64,000 nt of DNA from Octopus sinensis. Lineage: Eukaryota. Each line of letters starts with the position of its first letter. Positions within the stretch are counted from its first letter, which is position 1. The DNA is taken from positions 76,508,001 to 76,572,000 of the forward strand of contig NC_043002.1 in the NCBI RefSeq assembly GCF_006345805.1, in the 5' to 3' direction. Below the pieces are notes generated by a model that was not told where the DNA came from, made no database searches, and saw nothing but the letters and a program-made list of their open reading frames with translations. Below are positions 1 through 11,897 of this stretch, in pieces. The position numbers and the translations under genes are program-made.

Positions 1-222
1 CAGCAAATAAGCAAAACATTATGTGAATCAGTATTCAAGACTTACTTCCTGAGTTCACATCCTGCCGGGTATACCCTTACTCTACTTTCTTCAGAATCAA
101 TACAATACCTTAATTGCCAATGTGTATGACGCATCTGTATTTTGCAAGTATATTTTGTGGAAAAATCAAATTTAATATGTTTCATCAAGCACACATTGAA
201 AAAATATTTTAAAATAGTTTTC

Positions 223-376
223 AGGCTGTGGGGTAAGTAGCTTGCTCACCAACCACATGGTTCTGGGTTCAGTCTTACTGCGTGGCACCTTGGGGCAAGT
301 GTCTTCTACTATAGCCTCGGGCCGATCAAAGCCTTGTGAGTGGATTTGGTAGACGGAAACTGAAAGAAGCCCGTCG

Positions 377-408
<32 letters not shown>

Positions 409-635
409 GGGGGTGTATGTTTGTGTGTCTATGCTTGACCCCCCAACATTTCTTGACAACCGATGCTGGTGTGTTTACGTCCCCGTAACTTAGCGGTTCG
501 GCAAAAGAGACCGATAGAATAAGTGCTAGGTTTACAAAGAATAAGTCCTGGGGTCGATTTCTTTGACTAAAGGCGGTGCTCCAGCATGGCCACAGTCAGA
601 TGACTGAGACAAGTAAAAGAGTGAAAGAGTAAGAG
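223..635 (+). mobile_element. tRNA-derived SINE, family A (bipartite, with central TA/TG microsatellite)
   Basis: Head 'ggctgtggggtaagtagcttgc...ggttctgggttcagtc', body 'ggcaccttggggcaagtgtcttctactatagcc', second half ending 'gactgagacaagtaaaagagt'. The same sequence recurs more than 10 times in the window. Confidence 0.85.
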
Positions 636-1299
636 GAAATGGTTTTGTGCATGTAAATACAATACTGTTACAGCCTCTGGGAATAAAGTTTGAAACCATA
701 AGTGAACCATGTACAGGGGTGAGCAAAACTAGATATACAGTAGTTGAATTATGAATGGGATGTTCTTTTCATTTCTCTGTTTCTTTTTTTTTTCGGATTA
801 GTGATTCATAAATCGACTGAGGGATTTGAAGAAGATGCATAGCTCAATGAAAACTCCCTTTTTTAATTTCTGGGAACTCTGAGTGAATGCTTAAACCACA
901 AGCATTTTATTTTCTTCAGTGATAGCTCTGACCGGTTGACCACTTTTCTGTGCATTGCAGATGGACCAAGTGTAATAAAATTTGTCACGCATTCTGTAAA
1001 CTGTTAGTCTTGACTGAGCTGGTCTTTGAAATTCTTCTGTCCCTTTCTGTCTAATCAGTACTACTTGTTGATCTACTTCCGTTCATCGTTGCTAAAATTT
1101 ACAGCCACATGATAAATATCTGAAGTTTGAAATAATTATTTTATGAAAGAAGGTAATTAGTTAAAATGATCATAGATTCATAGAATTCCTATCATAAAAA
1201 ATGAAAACGCTTTATAAACGGAATGAGACGCATTGTGCAACAAAATGGTTCATATTTGGTTGATTAAAAATGTAATGGCAAGTATTTATTGACCTTTTT

Positions 1300-1600
1300 C
1301 ATTCCTTTAAAAATCGGCACGAACTTTCCGGACAACCCAATATATATTTATTATATTATTTTCCCTTCTTCCTAGCTCTCCTGTCTGACCACCTCTGTCC
1401 GGCCATCGTCATGATCGACCGCTAGCCACTAAGCTTTTTTTAAATTCTCTCTGTTTATTTTTTCGTGTTCCTTTCTGTTGAAGAGCGTCGGCTCGAAACG
1501 TAAAAGACTTTCTCACATTCCTTAGTGTTAAACTAATACACCTGTTTGTTGTTTCCACATCTGTCTTCGTCTTTTGTCTTTTTTTGTAAATTCCAACTAT
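1300..1600 (+). mobile_element. Penelope-like 3'-end/pLTR-type repeat carrying a hammerhead-like motif
   Basis: Contains 'cttt-CTGTTGAA-gagcgtcggctc-GAAACGTA-aaag' at 1471-1506, followed by a pyrimidine-rich tail ending in a TA/TG microsatellite. Boundaries approximate. Confidence 0.5.
1471..1506 (+). ncRNA. minimal type I hammerhead ribozyme-like motif (variant core CUGUUGA)
   Basis: Stem I cttt/aaag, stem II gagc-gtcg-gctc, GAAA, palindromic ACGU stem III, GUA cleavage triplet. The core deviates from CUGANGA. Confidence 0.45.
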
Positions 1601-1607
1601 ATATCTT

Positions 1608-1642
<35 letters not shown>

Positions 1643-1740
1643 GCAGACAGATACGTATAGATAGAAATTTGTTTTAAATGTATGTATACAAGCATTTATA
1701 AGTGTGACCATACGAGTGTATAATATACATATATATATTT

Positions 1741-2182
1741 TACCTTTTACTTGTTTCAGTCATTGAACTGCGGTCATACTGGGGCACCGCCTTGATAGTG
1801 CTTTTTATCAGTCCGACGAATCGACCCCAGTACTTATGCTTTTAAAGCCTGGTTTTCGTCCTGGGATGTGGGAACGTAAACAAACCAACGCCCGTTGTGA
1901 AGCGGTGGTGGAGGACAAACACAAAGCAAATACAAAAAGACAAACATGCACACATACACACACACACACATGCACAGACACTCGCACGCACGAACACGCA
2001 CATACATACATACACACATATACGAAAGTCTTCTTTTCAGTTTCCGTCTTCCGCACACACTGATAAGGTTTTGCTTGACCCGGCTCTGTAGTAGAAGACA
2101 CTTGTTCAGGGTGCTACGCAATTGGACTGAACGTGAAACCAGGTGGTTGGGAAGCACACTTTTTACCACATAACCATGCCTG
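1741..2182 (-). mobile_element. SINE family A copy (degenerate)
   Basis: Reverse complement of family A 3' half (1741-1853) and head (2030-2182), separated by CA-rich sequence. Confidence 0.75.
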
Positions 2183-2183
2183 G

Positions 2184-2185
2184 TG

Positions 2186-2266
<81 letters not shown>

Positions 2267-2379
2267 GTGTGTATGTATATACGAGCGAACGTGCGCACCC
2301 ATACACGCATGCACACACACATATATATATTATATCACACACACACACGCACGCACACAGACACACACACACACACACA

Positions 2380-2428
<49 letters not shown>

Positions 2429-3433
2429 TATCAATATATTTTATATACTTTCATGCAATACATAGACACAAATATATATGCACATTCTTATATATGCTTA
2501 TACATACATACATATATGTATATATGTATGTATATATATATATATATATATATACTCATACTTATACATCTATATACTTATACATAGACACATGCATACA
2601 TATATACATGCCAGCGAGTGTATTTAGCTGTGTGCATGTATGCTTTTGGCTGTAAGTTGATGTCGAGGGTCTCTGCATCTACATACGTGTGCATATATCT
2701 ATATGAATACATAAACACCCCTTACAACACCCCTTATATCTATCTAATGTATATATTACATAACTTTTTTTTTTTGTATCTCCAAGCTTTGCTTTTCAGC
2801 CATTTTTTTTTTCTTAACAAAACAGTAGTGAAAATAAAATAAAAGAAAAGAAAAGAAAAAAAAAACCCCTAAAGGAAATGCTGTTTGGTAATTAAAGAAT
2901 ATATAACATGATTCCGAGGGTGAATAGTATTCTTCACCATTGTTGGAATTTATTTATCGCATATTTTCAGCAGCGTTTTTTGAATGTCATTTTCTTATCT
3001 ATTTTTCATACGAACTAACAAGAGCATTGTTTGTTTGTTTGTTTTTTTTTTCCCCTAAAAAAACATTTTTTTCCGTGCTGATTTTTCTTTTTCATCTTTT
3101 ATGTATGATTCACATCGTATATATCTTTACACATGTGTGTGTGTGTGTGTGTGTGTGTCTGTGTGCGTGCGTGCATGTGGGTGTATTATATAGGCATAAA
3201 TATATTGATCATTTATTCATATATTAAGCATTTATGCATATATATTTTCTGCGTATACATAGTTGCAGGCATACATACATACATACATACATACATATTT
3301 ATGAATAAATGTGTACGTATATTTATATGAACATATATAAATATATGTGTGTGTATGTATGTGAACATATATATTCGTATATGTTGTATATCTATGTATA
3401 TATATATATAAAATATATGTGTATATTGTATAT

Positions 3434-3513
<80 letters not shown>

Positions 3514-3613
3514 TATATACTTATATATGTATATATGCAAGCATATAAATATAAATTCATAGATACGTTTGCTCACATACGTATATACTTACATATCTAT
3601 GTATGGATATATA

Positions 3614-3663
<50 letters not shown>

Positions 3664-4382
3664 GATATATCATATACATGTGTGTATGTATGTGTGTGTA
3701 TAATGTATATATAAAGATACACACATACACACACATTCATACACACATGCGCGCACACATACACACATACACACACATATAAACATATATATGCAAGGAG
3801 AAGCCGTTCACCTCTAACCTTTAATGCAATGTTTTTTTTCTCTCCCCACCCATCTCCCATCTTACCGACTCACCTCTCCAACTCTGTCGATACTTGCAGA
3901 AAAAAAAGTGCATGGCGCCCTCCCACGTCATGGTATTTTATCAATTTCCCTCCAGAGTGTTGTAATTTCACACATATCAAAATCTTCTGTGAACAGAACA
4001 CAGATGAACGGATGAGAGAGCGCGAGAGAGTGGTAGACAGATATATAGGACGAGAGAGAGAGAGAAGAGAGAGAGAGAGGGTCAGAGAGAGAGAGAGAGA
4101 GAGGGTCAGAGAGAGAGAGAGAGAGAGGGTCAGAGAGAGAGAGAGCTTTACGTTCATTATAATACAAGGTCCGTGTGTTTATATACACATCAGTAATCAT
4201 TAGGCCGTGTAGGAAATGTCATGGTGTACGATAATCACCAACCAAGTTTCAAATCACATTGTACTACAAACAAGTCTTAATGAAAGAGAAGAATAGGGAA
4301 AAAGATATGTTAGGGATATTAGAGAAGAGTTATTATCATTGTCATTATCATCATCATCATATTATTATTATTATTATTATTC

Positions 4383-4415
<33 letters not shown>

Positions 4416-4435
4416 TATTATATTATTATTACTAC

Positions 4436-4491
<56 letters not shown>

Positions 4492-4688
4492 TATTATTAT
4501 TTATTATTATTTTATTTTATTTTAATATATATATATATATCTATTCTATATATATATATATATATATATCAATACAGAGAAGTTTTGTATAGAAGTTTAC
4601 ATAATACAAGCGTGCATACGTAAATACAGTGCGTAGATTCAATGGTACATACATATACACACACATTAACATATTTATACATATATAC

Positions 4689-4719
<31 letters not shown>

Positions 4720-4733
4720 TGTATGTATCTATG

Positions 4734-4832
<99 letters not shown>

Positions 4833-4850
4833 CTGTCTGTCTGTATGTAT
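2184..4850. repeat. compound microsatellite field: (TATC)n, (CA)n, (TA)n, (GA)n with gggtca(ga)n units, (ATT)n
   Basis: Directly visible simple repeats interleaved with short unique stretches. They explain the low-complexity ORFs here. Confidence 0.95.
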
Positions 4851-5416
4851 GTATATCGTGCTCATGATTTTTCCTTCTCGGCATCATTTTTCTTCAACCT
4901 CAAACTTTGTCAGATGTAACGTAGAACATTTTCTTTTTGTAACTAGATATTCTTTTCTTTGTTTTTATCTCTGTTTCAGTTGTCACATCGTGATGACCTT
5001 TTACATCATCGTGTAAGCATAATAAGGCGGAAGTATATAGGTGATTTGTAACAAAATCCTTGTCGTCTGCCACAAAAACGCTACCGACATATCTGTACAC
5101 CGTACATTGTAGTAGCTATTGTTGAATTTCTGTCGCTAGTGTTACCGTTGTTATTGTTGTTTAATCTGAAGTCAGCACTGATCATGCAGGAAACCAGTGA
5201 TCGTTGACATGCATTCTTTGACCATCTCGTCTTCGTTTTTCGTGTTCTTGTTTTTGCAGAAACTGTAAAATACAATGTATATGCAATGCTGTGACAGTAT
5301 GCTGAAATACAATAGGAAACCATAAACGTATTATACATAAACTATGTTATACGTATGGCGTTTGTTAATTTGATTTTCTTTCAGATTAACTGTATAGTTG
5401 TTTATATTTTGGGATC

Positions 5417-5813
5417 TCTTCTGTTTTGCTCACGGATTTTTTAATTATTTTTTTTAACTAAGCAGTTTGATACTTCGTATACTGGTGTAATTTCTCACGC
5501 TTAACACAGTTTACTTCCAACATTTTTTACAATATTTTGTATTTTAGAAGTTATTTCCTATTAGAGTTGTCGTATTTGGGTAATTTTAACCAATCATCGA
5601 CGTGTATTCAGATAAAGTATACACGTCGTTGTTTGGTTAAAAATACCCAAATACGACAAACACGAAATAACTTCTAAAATACAAAATTTTGTAAAAAAAT
5701 GTTGAAAGTGAACCATGTTCAGCGCGAGAAATTACACCAGTATACGAAGTTTCAAACTGTTTAGTAAAAAAAAAAAAAAAACAATTAAAAAATCTGTGAG
5801 CGAAACTGAAGAA
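5417..5813. mobile_element. fold-back / MITE-like element with two diverged ~190-bp inverted arms
   Basis: Left arm '...ttgggtaattttaaccaatcatcgacgtgtattc' mirrors right arm 'gtatacacgtcgttgtttggttaaaaatacccaa...'. Symmetry extends out to 'tgctcacggattttttaatt' / 'aattaaaaaatctgtgagcg'. Confidence 0.65.
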
Positions 5814-6129
5814 AACCTTATTTTGGTTTAAGACAATTGCCATACAAGGTGTAAAACTCGTATTTTTAGTTATGGCTTTTTGTGTCACCGCTATCGGCCA
5901 CCAAAGTGACACGCCGTCACTATGTTTTTGTTGTCATCCACTCACTAATCTCATACTTTTAAAAAATTTCTACTGTAACAGTTTATTTACTATTGTCTGC
6001 ATTATCAAATGTCTCCTCTTTGAAGACGATAGGGTGAAGTTTGAGATAGATTTGGCTGCTATTTTTAGAGGTCACCCTATCATGTAGAAACCTTGATCGA
6101 GCAAACTTTGTTTAAAGACAAAGATATGT

Positions 6130-6720
6130 TCACCCCATCTTTTAGGAAATATCATCTAGAACTCTGTTATCCGATGACCTCATCATCACTAGTTCTGCAC
6201 CCTAACCATTAGGCCGGCTCAGGAGGCGAGATGCGTCTTTGAGTAAAGCACTCTGTTTCATGTTGCTACTGAAGGCGCGTAGCCTAGAGGTTTTGGTGTT
6301 GGGCTCATGATCACGTTGTCATGAGTTCATTTCATGGACTGAGCAGTGAGTTGTGTGCTTGAGCAAAATACTTTATTTCATGTTACTAGGGAAGGTGAGT
6401 ATAATAGTGGTTAATGCATTGACCTCGAGATCTCGAGGTCATCGGTTCGTTTCCTGGACGGGGTGGCGAAATATGTCCTTGAGAAGGGAAATAAGTACGC
6501 AGCATAGAGGTTCAGGAGTTGAACTCATGATCACGAGGTCGAGGTTTCGTTTCATAAACCGAGCAGCAAGATGCGTCCTTGGGTAAGTCATTTCACTTCA
6601 CGCTATTAGTTAAGGCACGTCACTCAGAGTTTAGGATGTTGAGCTCACAATCATGAGGTCGTTGGTTCCTTCAATGGACAGGGCAGCCAGATTGTCTTTG
6701 AAATGTTCTCTTCATCAGAC
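6130..6720 (+). repeat. tandem array of ~4-5 degenerate tRNA-like SINE heads (family B, Meta-domain-like), preceded by one inverted head
   Basis: Units of ~100-120 bp starting near 6271, 6391, 6489 and 6611. Each has an A-box-like 'gcctagaggtt', 'ctcatgatcacgaggtc', a B-box-like 'ggttcgtttc' and 'tccttgagcaa'. Confidence 0.7.
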
Positions 6721-6771
6721 ACTCCTGTGGCAAGTGAAAGCGATTATTATTATTATTATTATTATTATCAT

Positions 6772-7013
6772 AAGGTGACGAGCTGGCAGAATCGTAAGCA
6801 CGCTGGACAAAATGCTTAGCGGCATCTCGTCCGTCTTTATGCTATAAGTTCAAATTCCATCGAGGTCGACTTTGCCTTTCATCCTTTCGGGGTGGGGTGG
6901 GGGTGGGGTGGGGTCGATAAAATAAAGTCCCATTTGTAAACTGGAGTCGATGTAATCAACTTACTCCCTCACTCGAAATTGCTGGCCTTGTGCCAAAATT
7001 TGAAACCATTATT
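6772..7013 (+). mobile_element. SINE family C (Nin/Deu-domain-like core)
   Basis: Head 'ggtgacgagctggcagaatcgtaagcacg', core 'gtcgactttgcctttcatcctttcggggt...cgataaaata', tail 'ggccttgtgccaaaatttgaaacc'. The domain name is from memory of SINE superfamilies. Confidence 0.85.
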
Positions 7014-7336
7014 ACCGAAGTTTCGAATTGAACGGAGATGTTCGAACCAATCCTGACTAAGAATTAAAATTATAATGCTTGGATTTCATGGGAGATAGTG
7101 TGTTTGGGTATTTTATCGATAGAAAACTTTCGAATAGCTTCCATTTCCGCTCGATTTTACTTCGGTGTAGAGAAATTGAGTTTCCTTTGGATATCATATT
7201 TTATACGTTTTGTTACATTTCGTTTGCTCATATTTTAATAGGGTTTCATGTATTGGAGCTGGAGGTGATTGCCACAGTTTGGTATCACTAGCATAAACAA
7301 ATACGCCTTCTTTCAGACCAGAAAAAAAGAGTATCT

Positions 7337-7372
<36 letters not shown>

Positions 7373-7863
7373 TATTAGCACAGATTTATAAAAGGAGAAA
7401 ACAGAAAATAATGCGAAAACTGACAGCAACAAACAAATAGACGTACATACAGAGAAACAAGAAATGGATTTGTGGCAGATGCAGAGAAAAGGCAAACTAC
7501 AACGATAGTCACACATACAAATTTTGCGAAACAAAAATATTTATTTTCAACGTGTTTTAAATGGAAACACCAGCTTCTTCCGTTACAAACGCGACTTATA
7601 TTCGACGAATGTCGGACATAGAAAAAGAATGTAGCAAATGCTACATAAAACAATCACGTTTTACTCGAAGCTATCACACAAACTCAAGACAGAAAGAAAT
7701 GTGTATTTCTCTCGCCGTAGTCTAATCCCACAATATATTAAAGAAAGGCGAGAATTACTGAGAAAGGTATCAAGAGACGATGCTGAACTTTGTCGATTTG
7801 TAACTGTTGTGATACTATACGAGCAGGTGGTGAGCACTAATGTGATATATAGCGATATAGTTG

Positions 7864-7996
7864 GGTCAGGAAGGTTCTGAGCATTTGAAAGACTGCTGAA
7901 AACTTGTGGATACCTAAGGTTACAGGTAGTAACCCGCTATCTGCATAATTCCTACCAAGAATAAGACTGAACCTCAGCCAAACCAAAATAATAATA
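7864..7996 (+). mobile_element. 3' end of R4/Dong-like LINE with (AAT)n tail
   Basis: 'tgaaagactgctgaaaacttgtggatacctaaggttac' matches the 3' UTR of the RLE LINE at 63.4 kb (minus strand) and ends in aataataat. Confidence 0.7.
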
Positions 7997-7997
7997 A

Positions 7998-8215
7998 TGA
8001 TAATCCTTTCTATTATAGGCACAAGGTCTGAAATTTTGGGGGCGGGGAAGAGTCGATTACACCGTCTCTGTTTTGTCAGGTACTTATTTTATCGACCGCG
8101 GAAGGAAGAAAGGCAAAGTCACCTCGGCGGAATTTGAACTCATTACGTAAAGACGGACGAAATGCCACTAAGTATTTTGTCCGGTATGCTAATGATTCTG
8201 CCAAATCACTGCCTT
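7998..8215 (-). mobile_element. SINE family C copy
   Basis: Reverse complement of the family C head, core and tail. Confidence 0.8.
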
Positions 8216-8490
8216 GCTACAGCGGAGTATGATGAAAAGGACATTTCAAAGATAGGCTACATGAAATTTAGGAGTTTCCATAAAATTGGATAAGGAATAA
8301 ATAAAGAGGAACAGATTAGACGCGAACAGTATACAAATACAAGAATATATTGATAATAAGCCTCATGATACAGGAGGCTCCAACTAGGGACGATCGGGAA
8401 ATCCACAATCCACGATGACTCTGACTTCCAAGGGTAAGTGTTCTCTTCCAACTACGCATACCGAAAGTGCATACTTAGCTTAGTTCCTCC

Positions 8491-8617
8491 TACGCTGGTG
8501 AGTTAGAAAGTAATGCAATTTCTATTTGCATTTCTCTTCGATTCACCCTCATATATACAAAAGTTAGTCAAAAGGAAGTGCAAATCAAAATTGCATTACT
8601 TTTTGACTCACCTAGTA
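8491..8617. mobile_element. Tc1/mariner-type MITE
   Basis: TA-flanked imperfect TIRs 'tacgctggtgagttagaaagtaatgcaatt' and 'aattgcattactttttgactcacctagta'. Confidence 0.6.
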
Positions 8618-8692
8618 CTTGACCGTTTTCGTAACTTTCCACCACCGTTTGGCAATTTCACAGGAGGACAACGCTTCCTTGTTTAGACTCAC

Positions 8693-8799
8693 CTCTTATT
8701 TTTTTTCCAACGAATATTTGAAAACATCGATTGCGGATTCGAAAGTGTCCGTCTTCAGTCATTTCAGCCTCGTCCATCTCACAACTTTTTTTGTCATCG
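8693..8799 (-). CDS. candidate host exon (107 bp), unidentified product
   Basis: Acceptor 'ttttcctctgcgtattag', donor 'aagag|gtgagt', single open frame DDKKSCEMDEAEMTEDGHFRIRNRCFQIFVGKKIR. No family recognised. Confidence 0.3.
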
Positions 8800-9295
8800 C
8801 TAATACGCAGAGGAAAACTAACTGCCCTACCTTTTTTGATCATTGACGTTTCAACTATTAGAATTCTGTCGCAGCTTAAGCTATCGTTTATCCTTGTGTT
8901 ACAAAGCACAGGGACACTGCGCCTAAATTATTGAAATTTATATAACTGATGGTCGTTTCAGCAAATTTGTAATCTGTTGGTCCGGACCATCCGTCAAAAT
9001 ATGGATGTGGGGGATTTGAGGTTTCTTTTTTTTTTTTAGTTTTGAGTTGTTTTTAGTTGGGTAAGGGTTTTGTGAGAAGGATGATGATAGGGAGAAAGAG
9101 GATTGTGTCGAATGGACTGAGTATTTTTGAGGAGCAGACAGTGTTGTAGTAGCGATAGAAAAGCCACAGAACAGATATCTCATATTTGTTTCGTTGCACC
9201 GAAAGCATGGATTATTTATTGTAAAAACTCTCTTTTAGCATTTAAACCAGCCATATCCGACCCAAATATTCTACTTGTTTTGTTTTCAAACTTAC

Positions 9296-9332
9296 CAGAT
9301 CCAGCCTCTCACACCTACCCAACAATGTCATT
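9296..9332 (-). other. candidate short exon (37 bp)
   Basis: Acceptor 'tttattcttag' and donor 'gatctg|gtaagt'. One open frame, MTLLGRCERLDL, which is not in phase with the 8799 exon, so it is UTR or part of another isoform if real. Confidence 0.25.
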
Positions 9333-9500
9333 CTAAGAATAAACTATCACATCAAGGAAAGAGATATTAATGACTAATTCAAAACAATGTGGATTTAATG
9401 AGCATCACACTTAACAGAATAATTTGAATGCTAAAGAGTTAAAGCATTGTATGTTGTATTATTCAACCTATTTTTTATGATCAATATATTCCCCAAAAAT

Positions 9501-9950
9501 AAGACAGCGAGCTTGGCAGAATTACTAGCACACAGGGAATAATGCTTAGTCACATTCCGTCTATCTTTACATTCCGAGTTCAAATGACCCCCCCAGGTCG
9601 ACTTTGCCTTTTATCCTTTCGGGGGTCGACAAATTAAATACTAGTTGCATACAGGGTTGATCTAATCAACTGGCCCCTCCCCCAACATTTCGGGCCTTGT
9701 GCCCTGAATAGAAAATAATATATTCCTCAAAAATAAGGCGGCGAGCTGGCTGAATTACTTGGCACACAGGGGAAAATGCTTTGTCACATTCCGTCTATCT
9801 TTGCATTCCGTGTTCAAATGACTCCGAGGTCGACTTTGCCGTTAATCATTTCGAGGCCAATAAAATAAGTACCAGTTGAGCCCTAGGATCAATATAATCT
9901 GCTTACTCTCTCCCCCGAAATTACTGGCTTTGTGCCAAAATTTGAAATCG
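9501..9950 (+). mobile_element. two tandem SINE family C copies
   Basis: Copies at 9501-9717 and 9735-9950 share private head variants and are bounded by a repeated ~20-bp spacer. Confidence 0.85.
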
Positions 9951-10028
9951 ATATATACCTCAAAATACTAAGATCGAATTCTGATAAGGATAATTGAAAT
10001 GACAAAATTTACCTCAGCTAAAATTGTA

Positions 10029-10336
10029 ATATTTTTTGTTTGTTCCTTCTCGAGCCATGCCTGGCCCATAAGGGCCGGTTTCCCTGTTTCAATGGCGTAT
10101 AGGTTTCCCACCTAGACGAGACGCCGGTCCGTCGCAGGTGAGCTGCTAGATGCAGGAGAGAGTGAGAGAAAGTTGTAGTGAAAGAGTCAGCAGAGGTTCG
10201 CCATTATCCCCTGCCGGAGCCGAGTGAGGCTTAGGTGTTTCGCTCAAAGACACACACATTGACCAGTCTGAGATTCGAACCCGCGACCTCTCGATCGCGA
10301 GTCCCCTGCTCTAACCATTAGGCCATGAGTCTCCAC
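10029..10336 (-). mobile_element. tRNA-derived SINE family E with 9-bp TSD
   Basis: A box TGGCCTAATGG and B box GGTTCGAATC on the minus strand. Tail 'ggctcgagaaggaacaaacaa'. TSD 'aaaattgta' at 10020 and 10337. Confidence 0.8.
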
Positions 10337-10673
10337 AAAATTGTATAAGATGTGGATAATTCTTCGGTGAGGAGTAATTGATTAATGTTAAAAAAAACTA
10401 AATAAATAAAATAAAATAAAAAATAACAACAGATTGGACTCTAAAAAAGTGTAACTAGTTTTTTCTTCCTTTTAGCTGATTGAACTCAGTTCGTCCTCTG
10501 AAATAAACTATTCGACAGTTCAGTTCATTGTGCACAACTGTAGCACCTAGGCACCCAGCGAGCTTTTATATTGTTGTTAGAATTAGAGGAAATAGCCGAA
10601 TCATTTTCAAATCGCACCCAAATGTCTAAAGAATGGAGGGGCATATTGGATATTGTAATTCAAAATAACTTAA

Positions 10674-10759
<86 letters not shown>

Positions 10760-11339
10760 CCTGTCTATCTGTCTGTCTGTCAGTTTATGTATGTATGTAT
10801 GTATGTATGTATGTATGTATCTATCTATCTATCTATCTATCTATAGGGCGGAATGATCTCGATTGGAATGGACACCATTCGAACGTTGTTAAGTTGAAAT
10901 CACTTTGGGTCGCATCTACATATTCAGCTGACTGACATTATATTCTAAAAAGCCTGATCAATCAGGTTTCATTGGCGCTAAACAATAACATCAACAACAC
11001 ACCACCACCACCACCATCATCATACATAACAATAACAACATTAAGATCAACAACAATAGCTTAGAGCTAGATGGAATCGACCGATTGAAATGTATTTATC
11101 TAATGATACAATGCAGTGCCGGAGACTTGGTACAAATTCTCGGCTGGTTATCTATCGATCTGATAATCCGCACTCTCTGATAATCCGATGCAAGACACAC
11201 GTATATACAATTGTTCTGCAAAGCTTTGACTACACACATATCCCAGTCCTTATCTAAAGACCAATGCTATTTGTATTATAGATAAGTCTGCAACTAACAG
11301 GCTAAACACTTGCCTCAAACGACACCGAGCTGGCCCTTT

Positions 11340-11342
11340 TCT

Positions 11343-11396
<54 letters not shown>

Positions 11397-11407
11397 CTAC
11401 TACCACG

Positions 11408-11449
<42 letters not shown>

Positions 11450-11476
11450 GCCGCCACCGCCACCACCACCACCACC

Positions 11477-11523
<47 letters not shown>

Positions 11524-11572
11524 AACCACAACCACTACTACTACTACTACTATCACCACCACCACCACTACT
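11340..11572. repeat. (CTA)n/(CCA)n trinucleotide microsatellite
   Basis: Directly visible; source of the poly-Y/P/V ORFs. Confidence 0.95.
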
Positions 11573-11897
11573 TTGAATTGCTCACCCCCTCTTCCATCAT
11601 CGCCTCCCTGTCATCTCCCATTCTAGATCTCATGAATATGAAACCCCTTCTACCTTCAGTTTTTCTCTTCATTCCCAAAGTTACTTCTCTCTGGAACTTA
11701 CCCTTTGGGCGGCACATTTTCTTTCCATTTTACTAATGATTTCAAACTTTCAAATTCAATACCGATGTCTTTCGATTTCCCTGAATTCTCTTATCAATCA
11801 ACGAAGGATTGAAAAGTGCAAACAAAAGCAAACGTGCTGTGGGCACTGCTTCTTTTTCCTTTCTCCTTTCTCGTTTCTTTTGCGATTAACAAATAAT

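Noticed and set aside
46-134. Possible minus-strand exon (MRHTHWQLRYCIDSEESRVRVYPAGCELR)
   Set aside because: Good donor but weak acceptor, no recognisable homology, and it cannot be linked in phase to other candidates.
674-718. Possible plus-strand 45-bp exon (PLGIKFETISEPCTG)
   Set aside because: No compatible downstream exon; chance-level evidence.
2133-4919. Many YI/HT/YLSI ORFs
   Set aside because: Translations of TA, CA and TATC microsatellites. The same applies to similar ORFs throughout the window.
9484-9972. CRISPR-like repeat-spacer pattern
   Set aside because: Eukaryotic context, no cas genes, and the 'spacers' are ~215-bp homologous SINEs.
10262-10336. Possible tRNA gene
   Set aside because: Has A/B boxes but a poor acceptor stem and continues into a SINE body with a TSD; it is a SINE head.
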